This document shows, piece after piece, positions 31,560 to 41,468 of a DNA stretch of 64,000 nt. A program made the position numbers and the translations under genes. The notes beneath the pieces are model-generated. The model made no database searches and was not told the origin of the DNA. It saw only the letters and a list, made by a program, of their open reading frames with translations. Every line of letters begins with the position of its first letter. Position 1 is the stretch's first letter. Source of the stretch: Vulcanisaeta sp. AZ3 (GTDB taxonomy: Archaea > Thermoproteota > Thermoprotei > Thermoproteales > Thermocladiaceae); contig JZWU02000004.1 in NCBI GenBank assembly GCA_000960865.2, forward strand, positions 10,200 through 74,199, given 5' to 3'.

Positions 31560-32861
31560 GTGAGCTTTCCTCGAAAGACCCACTGGACTAAGGATGTAAC
31601 GCCCGAGCTAGATGGCAGAGAAGTGGTCTTGGCAGGCTGGGTTTGGGATATTAGGGATATCGGCAGCATAAAGTTCATCCTTCTCAGGGACAGGGAGGGT
31701 ATGGTACAACTCACGATAAAGAAGAGTATGGTATCGAATGATGTTTGGTCAGTAGTATCGACATTGAATAGGGAAGACGCTATAGTGATTAGAGGAGTTG
31801 TTAAGGCGAGTAAGATAGCTAAGGTTGGTGTAGAGGTATTTCCAAGCGAAGTTTATGTGGTGGCGAGGTCTAAGTCTCTACCTATCGATATATGGGGCAA
31901 TGTAGAGACTGACATGGACACCAGGTTGAAGTTTAGGCCTATAGACCTCAAGAGACCCGTTAACTCATTAATATTTAGGGTTGAGAGTGAGGTTGTTCAT
32001 GTAATCAGAGATACGCTTCGCAGCCATGGATTTATTGAGGTATTTACGCCGAAAATCATCGTGACAAGCACTGAGGGTGGTGCGGAGTTATTCACAGTCC
32101 AATACTTCGAGAGAGTGGCTTACTTAGCACAAAGTCCCCAGTTGTATAAAGAGGAATTAACGGCAAGTTTAGAGAGAGTGTTTGAGATAGCACCAGCATA
32201 CAGGGCTGAAAAGCACAACACGAATTACCACCTTAATGAATTCATATCTGTGGATATGGAAGAGGCTTTTGCGAATTATAATGATGTAATGAATATACTA
32301 GAGGACGTAATTATTAACGTATATGATGGAATTATGAGAGTATTTAATAACGAACTTAGTAAGTATGGTATAAAGATTAAGGTGCCCAAGAGACCCTTCA
32401 GGAGGATAACATATGATGAAGCCTTGGAAATGCTTAGCAAGAAAGGATTGAAGATTAATTGGGGTGAGGATGTGCCCAAGAACGGTATGGAAATGCTCAG
32501 CGAAGAACTCGGCGAACCCTTCTTCATAATTCACTTTCCCACAGACATAAGGGCATTCTACACAAAGCCTCTCGACAGTGATCCAAGGATAAGCGAATCC
32601 TTCGACCTAGTAATTAATGGCCTAGAGATTGCATCAGGGAGTAGTAGAATTCATGTTAAGGAACAATTGATAGATGCATTGAGAAAGAGAGACTTGGATC
32701 CGAAGAACTTCGAGAACCATCTAATGATTTACGACTACGGAATGCCACCCCACGCAGGCTGGGGCATGGGACTCTACAGGCTGATGATGGTATTACTAGG
32801 GAGAGAGAATATCCGTGAGGTTGTACTTTACCCAAGGGATAGGTTCAGGTTAGAGCCATAA
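31560..32861 (+). CDS. aspS: Aspartyl-tRNA synthetase (archaeal type)
   Basis: LAQSPQLYKE, YRAEK, EIASGSSRIH, GMPPHAGWG, YPRD. Confidence 0.96.
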   Translation: MSFPRKTHWTKDVTPELDGREVVLAGWVWDIRDIGSIKFILLRDREGMVQLTIKKSMVSNDVWSVVSTLNREDAIVIRGVVKASKIAKVGVEVFPSEVYVVARSKSLPIDIWGNVETDMDTRLKFRPIDLKRPVNSLIFRVESEVVHVIRDTLRSHGFIEVFTPKIIVTSTEGGAELFTVQYFERVAYLAQSPQLYKEELTASLERVFEIAPAYRAEKHNTNYHLNEFISVDMEEAFANYNDVMNILEDVIINVYDGIMRVFNNELSKYGIKIKVPKRPFRRITYDEALEMLSKKGLKINWGEDVPKNGMEMLSEELGEPFFIIHFPTDIRAFYTKPLDSDPRISESFDLVINGLEIASGSSRIHVKEQLIDALRKRDLDPKNFENHLMIYDYGMPPHAGWGMGLYRLMMVLLGRENIREVVLYPRDRFRLEP

Positions 32862-33221
32862 TAATATTTATAGAGTTAATCTCTAAGTTGTTTACTTTTG
32901 ACATTTAGTATCAATCTCTACCGCAGTGTTCAGCCCAACCATACTCAAAGCCTTTATATTCTCCTACATAACCCCCATAGCTTCAGTGCCTCAGAGCTTT
33001 ACAAGACCTAACCTGTACCGTGTAAAACTCCAAGCATCCTTACTTTCGGTTAGTGAGCCACATGGCTTAGTCTCCAGGACAAGTGGGACATAGACTTTAG
33101 ATGTATTTACTTTTAACTTAAATGAAGTTCTAACTAAACTTTATCAGTTCTTTCTAACCTGTAGAATTGAGATTGCATGGATAGCATTTGTGGTACTTGC
33201 AGCCGTAACTGTCTCATATTC

Positions 33222-34522
33222 ATGGGAAAAAGACGGAATACTAAACGTGATGTAGCTAGAGTTAGTGATTGTAGTATTATAGTAGCTGTTGTTGGTCAGC
33301 CATCTGCCGGTAAGTCCACCTTCTTTACCCATTTGCAGTATTTCTAGTCGCATTTACCATTAACACGGGTTTTCCGCTGAATGTAATTCTAAGTTATCTA
33401 GGCTTTGGGGGAGCAGCTGGGGTTCTAGAGACATATAGTCTAAAGTGGACTAGTAGCGGAGGCGTTCTCAATTCTCGGAGAGATTATTAAAAACTATCTT
33501 GGAGGGAGCTGGATCGCTGCCCTCTTAAGTGATGGGATCATTGCTGGAGTAGGACTAGTGCTTAGCTTCGCGCCGCTGGTACTCGTAGTATCTGCAGCAA
33601 TAGCCGTACTTGAGGATAGTGGTTTAGGGCCTAGGATGGCTACATCTCTTCACAATCTCTTTTCAGCTTTCGGTCTCTCTGGCAGATCTCTCTATCCGCT
33701 GGTGTTAGGTTTTGGATGTAACGTTCCGGCAGCCATTCAGTCCAGGATTTCTATAGATAATACCGAGAGGTTTGAGGTCCTAGCATCAGTACCGTTTGTT
33801 ATATGTCAAGCTAGGCTTATGGTTATGATGTACTTCATTCAAGCCCTACTACCTGGTAGGCCCTTGCTTCAAGCAGCTCTAATGCTATCCATTTACGTAG
33901 TCTCAATAATTCTCTACCTACTAACAGCTAAGCTAGTTCGCAGGGTCCTTAGAGTTAGAGAACCTCCAGAGCTGGTGACGGAGATACCCCTTACATAGGG
34001 TAAGTTCTAGAGTTGTTTGGTGGAACTCTTGGTTTATGACTAGACACTTCCTTGTGAAAGCTGGGGTAATAGTATTCGGAATGGTTCTATTGAGCTGGTT
34101 TTTAATATCCTTTGGGCCCTCAGGACCTGTCAGGAATCCCGCTGAATCATGTGCAGCCCTAGCAGGCTCGTACATTGGTAGGGCGCTAACCTACCTCTAC
34201 GGTATTAGCGTAGAGTCTGCATGGAAAATCGGCTATGCCCTAATCTACGGTAGTATAGCTAAGGAGGGTCTCATTACATCCATAGCTCAACTCTCGGCTG
34301 TTGAAGAGAAAGAAGCAGTGGAGGCTCTTGAACTAACCCTTCCACAAGCAATGTCTCTCCTAGTCTTCTTTATGTATTACATACCGTGTATAGCAACGAT
34401 AGCTGTAATATATAGGGAGCAAGAGCGCCAAGTTTACTTTAACGGTAGTAGCGTACGAAGTCACTGTAGCTACAGTTCTCTCATACCTATCTTACGTACC
34501 TCTCTCAATGCTATATCCTTAG
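33222..34522 (+). pseudogene. feoB: Ferrous iron transporter FeoB, internally deleted and carrying several frameshifts
   Basis: ATG at 33222 gives IIVAVVGQPSAGKSTFF (G1 box), then the sequence jumps to the membrane domain (AFTINTGFPLN, DGIIAGVG, LEDSG, GFGCNVPA, AKE, YIPCIATI); frameshifts near 33441, 33988 and 34418. Confidence 0.9.
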
Positions 34523-34572
34523 CTATACAACTAGTCTAATTATGTGTGCACGCCAGGCAGGGATTGGTCAGC

Positions 34573-34793
34573 CTATGTTCTCTTAACTAAGATCTTGGAA
34601 GCCACACCTCTACTAAGGGCAATGGCAGCTCCTCTAACTCTAACGAGAACATGGCCTCTACTATTGGATAGCACCTCAATCTGAGAACCAGGGAATATAC
34701 CCATCCGCTCTAGCCTAGCCCTAAGCCCCAACCAGCGTCTATCTCAATTACTTCAACATTCTCTCCAGCGACGACCTTGCTTAACGTGGTCAT
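34573..34793 (-). pseudogene. feoA: FeoA with a 1-nt frameshift (not in the ORF track)
   Basis: MTTLSKVVAGENVEVIEIDAGW/GLRARLERMGIFPGSQIEVLSNSRGHVLVRVRGAAIALSRGVASKILVKRT*; one G missing at the run 34726-34729; 221 nt is 74 codons minus 1. Confidence 0.88.
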
Positions 34794-34838
34794 GTTAAGT
34801 CTATATGCGTTAGGGATGATTTAAGCTTCACGCATTAG

Positions 34839-35810
34839 CTATATTACCTTCCTCCTGCCCAACATTACTATTACAGACCTGAGACGATGCCTAGGCATAA
34901 TCTCTCCAGTCAAATAATTATGAATATCTTGACCCTTAGTAATGAATACTTCACTAATATTCTCATTGTAAGTACTTGTTAAGGTTAATCCACGATGTAT
35001 ATTCATGGGCGTCCCGACGCTTGTTGATAATATTGACGTAATTAGTAATATCCATGCAATTGGATTAGTGGGGAGTTGCTGGAATGGTATTGAGGCAAAT
35101 ATTGAGCTGGCTATCTCTACCGAGGTGGTTAATGAAGTCTCAGTGGGGCCTATCATCCTTATCGATATGGCGTATAACGTGTATGGAATAACATTACCCA
35201 CCAGAGCAAGTAGTATTGGGTAATAAACGTAGGATACACTTAAGTATGTAATACTGGGTATACGATTTATCATTACGAGCGAGATTAATAGAGTACCTAT
35301 GAATTGGCCAAATACTAGGTTTAGGGTATCTACATCATTGATTCTATCTAATACTATAGCATATAATAAGTTAAGGACCATGAGTAATAATGCGAGATCT
35401 ACTGAGTCGGCATAACCCTGAAATAAGAGATATAGACTGCCCAACAGAGTTAATGCAGAGACCACATGCCTAATATTAACGGAGCCCTCACGGAAATAAT
35501 CAAGAATTATTAAAGGAACCACATAACCAGAGCTTATTAAAGCCGTTAACCCACCCATATATTCAGCCACCTTGATATATAGGTATGAGAGAGCATAATT
35601 AATCGGCGATATTAATAGACCCATCAATATCGACCTACCGTCATATCCCCACACTACTAACGCCACCATTAGTAATACTACAGAAAAGAGATAAGTTAAC
35701 ATAAGCAGTTGTCCAACACCATACAGCCTAAGGGCTAGATAAGTAATGGGATACGAGACTCCCCACAGAGCCGAGGCTATGAGTGCCAATGTCAGGTAGC
35801 GATTAGTCAT
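34839..35810 (-). CDS. DMT/EamA-family transporter (likely ATG at 35810)
   Basis: ALIASALWGVSY N-terminus, about 10 TM helices, IGPTETS. Confidence 0.85.
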   Translation of the reverse strand: MTNRYLTLALIASALWGVSYPITYLALRLYGVGQLLMLTYLFSVVLLMVALVVWGYDGRSILMGLLISPINYALSYLYIKVAEYMGGLTALISSGYVVPLIILDYFREGSVNIRHVVSALTLLGSLYLLFQGYADSVDLALLLMVLNLLYAIVLDRINDVDTLNLVFGQFIGTLLISLVMINRIPSITYLSVSYVYYPILLALVGNVIPYTLYAISIRMIGPTETSLTTSVEIASSIFASIPFQQLPTNPIAWILLITSILSTSVGTPMNIHRGLTLTSTYNENISEVFITKGQDIHNYLTGEIMPRHRLRSVIVMLGRRKVI

Positions 35811-35974
35811 GAAAACCACCAAATTCGTGAGAACTATATTACTTAACAATAAGACATTAGTTCTTCTGTATTAAAAATCTTTCTTAGATATTTTTAAGCA
35901 AATTATGGCTGTTATTACGGTTGTTTAATGAATGGTAAATTTTGATATTTTTGAATATTTTTCTAGCATCATGA

Positions 35975-37321
35975 TTATTTACCAGCAGCTTCGTCCAATG
36001 CACTTACATGTAATCCTCTTGTTTCCACACCAAATGCATACCAAGCTACGGCTGCTGCAACACCTATAGCATAAAGTACTAGGACCGAGAGTAGATATAT
36101 GTAAGTACTGGCCGTAGCTAATAAGTAGTATATTAGGAATACATAAAATGCCCAAGCAATAAATCTCACTAGACCTACCCAGGTAGCCCTAACCTTCGTT
36201 GGGAACAGTTCAGGTTCTAACATTGTTCTCACAGCCCAACCAAACTCGCTAAATACCATGTTTAGGAAAAGGAGTAGGTAAAAGACAATTAACGAAGAGC
36301 TTATGTTGGTGAGCATTAAGCCATAGATTAGGAATATCGGCACCATGGTCACTAAACCGCCTATGTATGAGAAGAGGGTGAAAGATCTCCTACTAATTCT
36401 ATCAATTACCAAACCAATTAATCCAGCCAGCGAAGCGCCAACGTTGGCCCAAAGAAGTACTTGTGTAGCCAATTCCTCATTGTTTGAGAAGGGTAATGAT
36501 GGTAAGTATATTATGTAATAGGCCATTAAACCGTACGTGACTATTTGTGCAATGCCTATCAATGATAGGAATAACACTCTAAACCAGGCGGGCGGGAACC
36601 TAGTAATTTCTGTTCCTCCCTCATCAGTTAATGTATATGTTAGTCCTTCCTTCTCAGCAATCCTCTTAGCCACATCGCCTCTACCCCTAATTAATAACCA
36701 CCTTATTGATTCAGGTATTACCAATCTTATAATTATAGCTACCATTATCACCACTAAGGCAGAGCCAATCATAGTCCAAATGGCCGACACTGGTGTGCCC
36801 ATAAGTAGAGCCATGAGAAGTATTGCGGCAGCAATAGCAGCTCCAATATTATCAAAATTCGTAATTAACACTAACATGGAACCCCTATAATTGGGCGGCA
36901 TTAACTCAGTTGCAGCAGCTAGGGCTGGCGGTTCTTCACCACCAACACCAAGTTCTGCAAGGGCGTATGATACTAGGAATATTGTGAATGCGGTCATTAT
37001 TGGCATGGTCTTTGTTAATAACAGTGATATCGCCATACCTACTAGTCCTATTGCGTATAGGCTCATTGTGTATGCATATATGCCTCTTCTACCGACGATA
37101 TCGGCTAACCTACCCATTAATGTATTACCAATCATTAGAAATATTGGTCCTAAGGCTGCAGAAATTGGTAGCAAGAACCTTGGTATATATTTAGAGAAGT
37201 AATCTAAGGTCATCACACCACTTGTACCAACAAAGCCCCATATTAGGAACGTTAAGGAGTAACTAAGGAACATCATATAATGTATTCTCGACAATCTAAA
37301 CTTTGGCGTCACTTTTGCCAT
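35975..37321 (-). CDS. MFS transporter (sugar-porter/NiaP-like)
   Basis: GRLADIVGRR, ELMPPNYRG, PESIRWL, PELFPTKVRA, VETRG. Confidence 0.9.
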   Translation of the reverse strand: MAKVTPKFRLSRIHYMMFLSYSLTFLIWGFVGTSGVMTLDYFSKYIPRFLLPISAALGPIFLMIGNTLMGRLADIVGRRGIYAYTMSLYAIGLVGMAISLLLTKTMPIMTAFTIFLVSYALAELGVGGEEPPALAAATELMPPNYRGSMLVLITNFDNIGAAIAAAILLMALLMGTPVSAIWTMIGSALVVIMVAIIIRLVIPESIRWLLIRGRGDVAKRIAEKEGLTYTLTDEGGTEITRFPPAWFRVLFLSLIGIAQIVTYGLMAYYIIYLPSLPFSNNEELATQVLLWANVGASLAGLIGLVIDRISRRSFTLFSYIGGLVTMVPIFLIYGLMLTNISSSLIVFYLLLFLNMVFSEFGWAVRTMLEPELFPTKVRATWVGLVRFIAWAFYVFLIYYLLATASTYIYLLSVLVLYAIGVAAAVAWYAFGVETRGLHVSALDEAAGK

Positions 37322-37335
37322 ACCGTAATCAACCT

Positions 37336-37378
37336 GTTATTATGCGATAATAACCTATTTATAAGGCTTATGCGATAA
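37336..37378. promoter_or_regulatory. Two palindromic operator-like sites flanking the TATA box of the MFS gene
   Basis: GTTATTAT-GCG-ATAATAAC (37336-37354) and TTAT-GCG-ATAA (37368-37378) either side of TTTATAA (37358-37364). Confidence 0.65.
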
Positions 37379-37461
37379 TCTAATAAGTTCTCTGTTCCAA
37401 AGGTATTGCACGGCGATGAGGACGTTATTAATTAAGGCGATATATAAGGCGTTTCGTTATA

Positions 37462-38100
37462 TTACTCTTCAGACTCTTGTGGTATCTCTATGTTCAGTTT
37501 CTTAAACCATTTCGCGTAATAATCCTTAATTTTACCTTTAACTTCCTCAAGGTGCTTAGGCAAATCGGCAGGATCTAAACCCTTAGCTAAGTATTGGGAG
37601 AAACGTGCCTTATATAGCGTCTCATTCTCATTCTTTAGCCTCTCGGCATACTCAGCTATGTGCTTACCAACTAATCTATCCTCATCAGGCAGAATTTCCT
37701 CGCCATGAGGCACCTCAAGACCAGCATCTACGGCACCTTTTAACACAGCGAACACTCTAGAGCCCTTGATAGGCCTATGGAGTCCTATGTCGAGTACAGC
37801 CTTTTTAATACCTTTAAGTAACGCCTTATAACCAATCATCAGGCCAACGAGGTAAGCACTTGGTATATTCTTCATACTGCCCTTCCAACCAAAGTCTAGC
37901 AGCTCTTTTGATGAGGCGCTCACAATAACTTCGTCACCAGGAACCTTGGCGATAATTATCTGCGCAGTTACGTACTTATTACTCCTCCTGACAACAAGTC
38001 TTGGCAATCCGCTCTTAATCATTTCCCTACGTTTATAATAACTCGTCTTACCCTCACTGCGTCTCCTAAACTTAACCTTATAACGCCCACTCCTCGCCAT
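37462..38100 (-). CDS. rpl18: 50S ribosomal protein L18 (uL18); likely ATG at 38100
   Basis: [46 protein letters not shown]. Confidence 0.96.
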   Translation of the reverse strand: MARSGRYKVKFRRRSEGKTSYYKRREMIKSGLPRLVVRRSNKYVTAQIIIAKVPGDEVIVSASSKELLDFGWKGSMKNIPSAYLVGLMIGYKALLKGIKKAVLDIGLHRPIKGSRVFAVLKGAVDAGLEVPHGEEILPDEDRLVGKHIAEYAERLKNENETLYKARFSQYLAKGLDPADLPKHLEEVKGKIKDYYAKWFKKLNIEIPQESEE

Positions 38101-38179
38101 GGATTCTCGCAAAGCCAATGGTATAGTCGCTTAATAAGTATTTCTGAAGGTTTATCGGTAAATTGAGGTGCTGTTACTG

Positions 38180-38626
38180 TTACTGTTTAATTATATTATT
38201 ATTTATAAGGTATGTTCTAAGCGAGGCCACACTATCAAATCTGCCACCCTTAACCTCTAGGTAAAGTTCTCTCCAAGTCTTAGTGTCGATTAACCCCCTT
38301 TTCTTCAATGAATTTAGATACCTCCTCAATGCCCTAATCCTTCTCACCCAATTCTCCTTTGGATCAAGCCTAGCGTACTTAGAACCCCTCCTACTGCCAA
38401 CTCCTCTTCCTCTACCCTTCCTTTTCTTCTCATGATACTCACGCCACCTACCCCTACTTACGCCTCTTTCGTACACGGCATATATCAAGCCTTCCTTAAC
38501 TAAAGCCCTAACATCAGCCTTAGTAGTAACCTCCTCAAGCCTATCAATAGCCTCAGGGCTAATTCTAACTCTGGATTCACCAGCACCAAGAACATCAGCG
38601 GCAAGTCTCCTAACGTCAACCATCAA
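38180..38626 (-). CDS. rpl19e: 50S ribosomal protein L19e
   Basis: RRLAADVLGAGESRVRI, SRGR, GRGRGVGSRRG, WVRRIRALRR. Confidence 0.96.
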   Translation of the reverse strand: MMVDVRRLAADVLGAGESRVRISPEAIDRLEEVTTKADVRALVKEGLIYAVYERGVSRGRWREYHEKKRKGRGRGVGSRRGSKYARLDPKENWVRRIRALRRYLNSLKKRGLIDTKTWRELYLEVKGGRFDSVASLRTYLINNNIIKQ

Positions 38627-38971
38627 GACGCATCAACAAAAAAGCTATTTAAGCATTTGGTCCCATCATCAGTCGTGTTCTAGTGAGCTTATTTTCCTTA
38701 ATTATTGGTTAATCCCAGTGTAATTAGTGTCACGTGATTGGGCAGGATAACCCATAGGGATTTAGGTTTAGTTCATGGGAATTTCATGCCGATAAAGGTA
38801 AATAAGTACGAATGCAGTTGAGGTGCTAAACTCTGGGTATCCGTAAATGTCACGAACGTTAATTCAAAACAACCTAATTAACTTAGGTGGCCTCTAATTG
38901 TGTTCGTTAGTTCTAATAATAAATTCGCTGTTCTTTTTACTTATTGTTTATCATAATTTATCATAATTAAA

Positions 38972-39850
38972 TTAGAGAGGATTAGCCTCGTACTTACCAT
39001 CTGGGTAAATAATAGCCCTGGCCCTTCTTGTGGCCCAGCAGGAGAAGACTATTCCTACGGCAAAGGTAGCTGGGTGCCTATAGGCGTATTCTATGTGGAC
39101 ATCAAGTGCGGTCACCTTACCGCCGGTACCATGAGCACCGATGCCAAGCTTATTGATTGCTTCGAGCAAGGCGTCTTCAATTTTCGCAATACCTGGGTTA
39201 CTATTCCTAGAACCAACGGGTCTTAAAACCGCTGCCTTCTTTGCAAGCTTAGCCGCCACGTCTAAGTTGGGTCCAATGCCTATGCCAACTATAACTGGTG
39301 GGCAGGGCATGGGTCCTGCGTCAATAACAGCATTAAGAACTAACTCTGGCAGTCTTTCCCATGCATTTCCTGGTGGTATAACAAAGGCCTTACTCGGTAA
39401 TTCAGTACCGCCACCTTTAGGCGTATATATCATTTCTAAGTAATTGCCATCAAATAACTCAACATCAAATACTGGTATGCCTATGCCTGTATTATCACCA
39501 CTATTCTTCTCTGTTAATGGATCAACAGAGTTTGATCTTAAGGGCAATTCCTTAGTTACCTCTTTAACAGCCTCTGTGAGTATTGAGAATAACTTACTTC
39601 TTATTGGGAATCCATCACCCAGTCTTATAAAGAAGGTTGGTACACCAGTGTCCTGGCATACTGCAGAATTCGTCTTTACCGCTAGTTCCACGTTTGTTAA
39701 TATTGCATTCAACTGAACCTTACTTGGTTCGTGAACCTCGATTTTAACTGCATTCCTTAATGCATTAACTACGTCATCTGCCGGGGACACACTTGCCATT
39801 CTAATGATGGTCTTCGCGGCCTCCTTAACAACCTCTTCTAGGCTCGGCAT
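38972..39850 (-). CDS. Class I fumarate hydratase / tartrate dehydratase alpha subunit
   Basis: VCQDTG, GDNTG, PKGGGTE, PCPP, SCWATRR. Confidence 0.92.
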   Translation of the reverse strand: MPSLEEVVKEAAKTIIRMASVSPADDVVNALRNAVKIEVHEPSKVQLNAILTNVELAVKTNSAVCQDTGVPTFFIRLGDGFPIRSKLFSILTEAVKEVTKELPLRSNSVDPLTEKNSGDNTGIGIPVFDVELFDGNYLEMIYTPKGGGTELPSKAFVIPPGNAWERLPELVLNAVIDAGPMPCPPVIVGIGIGPNLDVAAKLAKKAAVLRPVGSRNSNPGIAKIEDALLEAINKLGIGAHGTGGKVTALDVHIEYAYRHPATFAVGIVFSCWATRRARAIIYPDGKYEANPL

Positions 39851-39953
39851 AACCTATCTAGCCCCTCCTCTATATTAAAAGTCTTGCTGTGAGACCTCAG
39901 TTGTGAATAATTAGGAAATGCTTAATTATGCTATTCAATTATTATCATTTAGT

Positions 39954-40580
39954 ATGGGTACTTATTACTTAAGGACTCCCATAATAGATGATGATGTGGT
40001 TAAATTAAGTGTTGGCGATACAATATACATAAGTGGTACCCTTGTCAGTGCGAGGGATGCGGCCCACGTTAGAATAATCGAAGCGATAAGGAAAGGCGAG
40101 AAGCTACCTATCGATTTAAGGGGTGGAGTTATTTATCATGCAGGCCCTGTGGCAGTGAAGCAAGGCGATACATGGAGGATAATCAGTATGGGGCCTACAA
40201 CAAGTGCAAGAATGGAGGAGTTCGAACCAGAGGTTATTGAGAAACTTGGGGTTAAGTTAGTAATTGGTAAAGGTGGTATGGGTCCTAAGACCACGGAAGC
40301 CATGAAGAAGTTTAAAGCAGTATACGCAATATTCACTGGTGGTGCTGGGGTCTTGGCTGCCCAAGCTATTAAGAGGGTTCTTGGTGTTAATTGGCTTGAT
40401 CTAGGCATTGCAGAGGCCATGTGGATACTTGAAGTTGAGAATTTCGGACCGTTGACCGTAGTCATCGATTCCCACGGGAATAATTATTATGAGGATCTAA
40501 GAAGAAATGTGAGGGAAAAGGTTAAGGATCTGTCTGAGGATGTTAGGAGAACAATAAATGATGTACTCTCCCAACACTAG
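39954..40580 (+). CDS. Class I fumarate hydratase / tartrate dehydratase beta subunit (likely ATG at 39954)
   Basis: ARDAAH, YHAGP, GPTTSARM, IGKGG, LGIAEA, DSHGNN. Confidence 0.92.
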   Translation: MGTYYLRTPIIDDDVVKLSVGDTIYISGTLVSARDAAHVRIIEAIRKGEKLPIDLRGGVIYHAGPVAVKQGDTWRIISMGPTTSARMEEFEPEVIEKLGVKLVIGKGGMGPKTTEAMKKFKAVYAIFTGGAGVLAAQAIKRVLGVNWLDLGIAEAMWILEVENFGPLTVVIDSHGNNYYEDLRRNVREKVKDLSEDVRRTINDVLSQH

Positions 40581-41347
40581 GTTATTATTTCACGTATTAA
40601 GTCTCTCTCCGTAACGATACCCATTAATTTGCCTCTCTCGACGACTGGTAGGGAACTTACATTATTGTTCCTCATTAGGTTTACTGCATCAATAACGTAT
40701 GCGCCCGGGTCTATTGTAATTGGATTATGACTCATTATGGAACTGATAGACAGGCCTAGGTCAATTCCCTTGCCCACTTCAACGTGCTTCATTAGGTGTC
40801 TCAGTATGTCTCTAATAGAGACTACACCCATGACCCTGTCACCTCTGGCTATTAGTAAATGACGTATATCATGAGTTGCCGCCGTCTTTATGGAGTCATT
40901 TATTGAGGAATCGAGGTCAAGAACTACGGGTTTTCCACTCATTACATCAAAAATCCTACGTCTACTGAATAATTGAGCCGGAATCTTATGGACTAAGTCC
41001 CTCTCTGTAATAATACCAATTACAGTATCACCATCAAAGACTAGGGCTGCATCCATTCTTTCATTAATCATCTTTTTCACGATGTCATTAACGTCATCAC
41101 TTTGCGATGCCTTAATGAAGTTCGCAATCAATGAAGCATCTCTCACATACCCACTAAGTACCTGGATACCCATCTTATCAACATCTTTAATTATACTTAA
41201 TGCTGTGATGAGACCTACTACTGTATTGTCTCTAATGATCGGTACATGTCTAAATCCGTGATTTACCATGAGGCTTACGGCATCGATTAACTTAGCATCA
41301 GCATCTAATGTGATCACTCTTTTGGTCATTAGGTCTCTAATAAGCAT
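40577..41347 (-). CDS. CBS-domain protein (4 CBS repeats)
   Basis: Repeated RH(V/L)P…GI(I/V)TERD CBS motifs. Confidence 0.9.
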   Translation of the reverse strand: MLIRDLMTKRVITLDADAKLIDAVSLMVNHGFRHVPIIRDNTVVGLITALSIIKDVDKMGIQVLSGYVRDASLIANFIKASQSDDVNDIVKKMINERMDAALVFDGDTVIGIITERDLVHKIPAQLFSRRRIFDVMSGKPVVLDLDSSINDSIKTAATHDIRHLLIARGDRVMGVVSIRDILRHLMKHVEVGKGIDLGLSISSIMSHNPITIDPGAYVIDAVNLMRNNNVSSLPVVERGKLMGIVTERDLIREIIT

Positions 41348-41468
41348 AAATATTCATAGTAACTTACATGACTTAGTTATTATATTTTACTACAAGGTAC
41401 ACATGTTAAACTCAGTAGAATTGCTATACCCATAAGCTTAATAATTTAATGAGCCCTAGAGGAGGCGG

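Noticed and set aside
33144-33353. 69-aa minus-strand ORF
   Set aside because: Antisense to the feoB G1 remnant; no independent evidence.
37412-37460. GCGATGA followed by two possible guides (C/D sRNA?)
   Set aside because: No CTGA-like D or D' box at suitable spacing and no convincing target.
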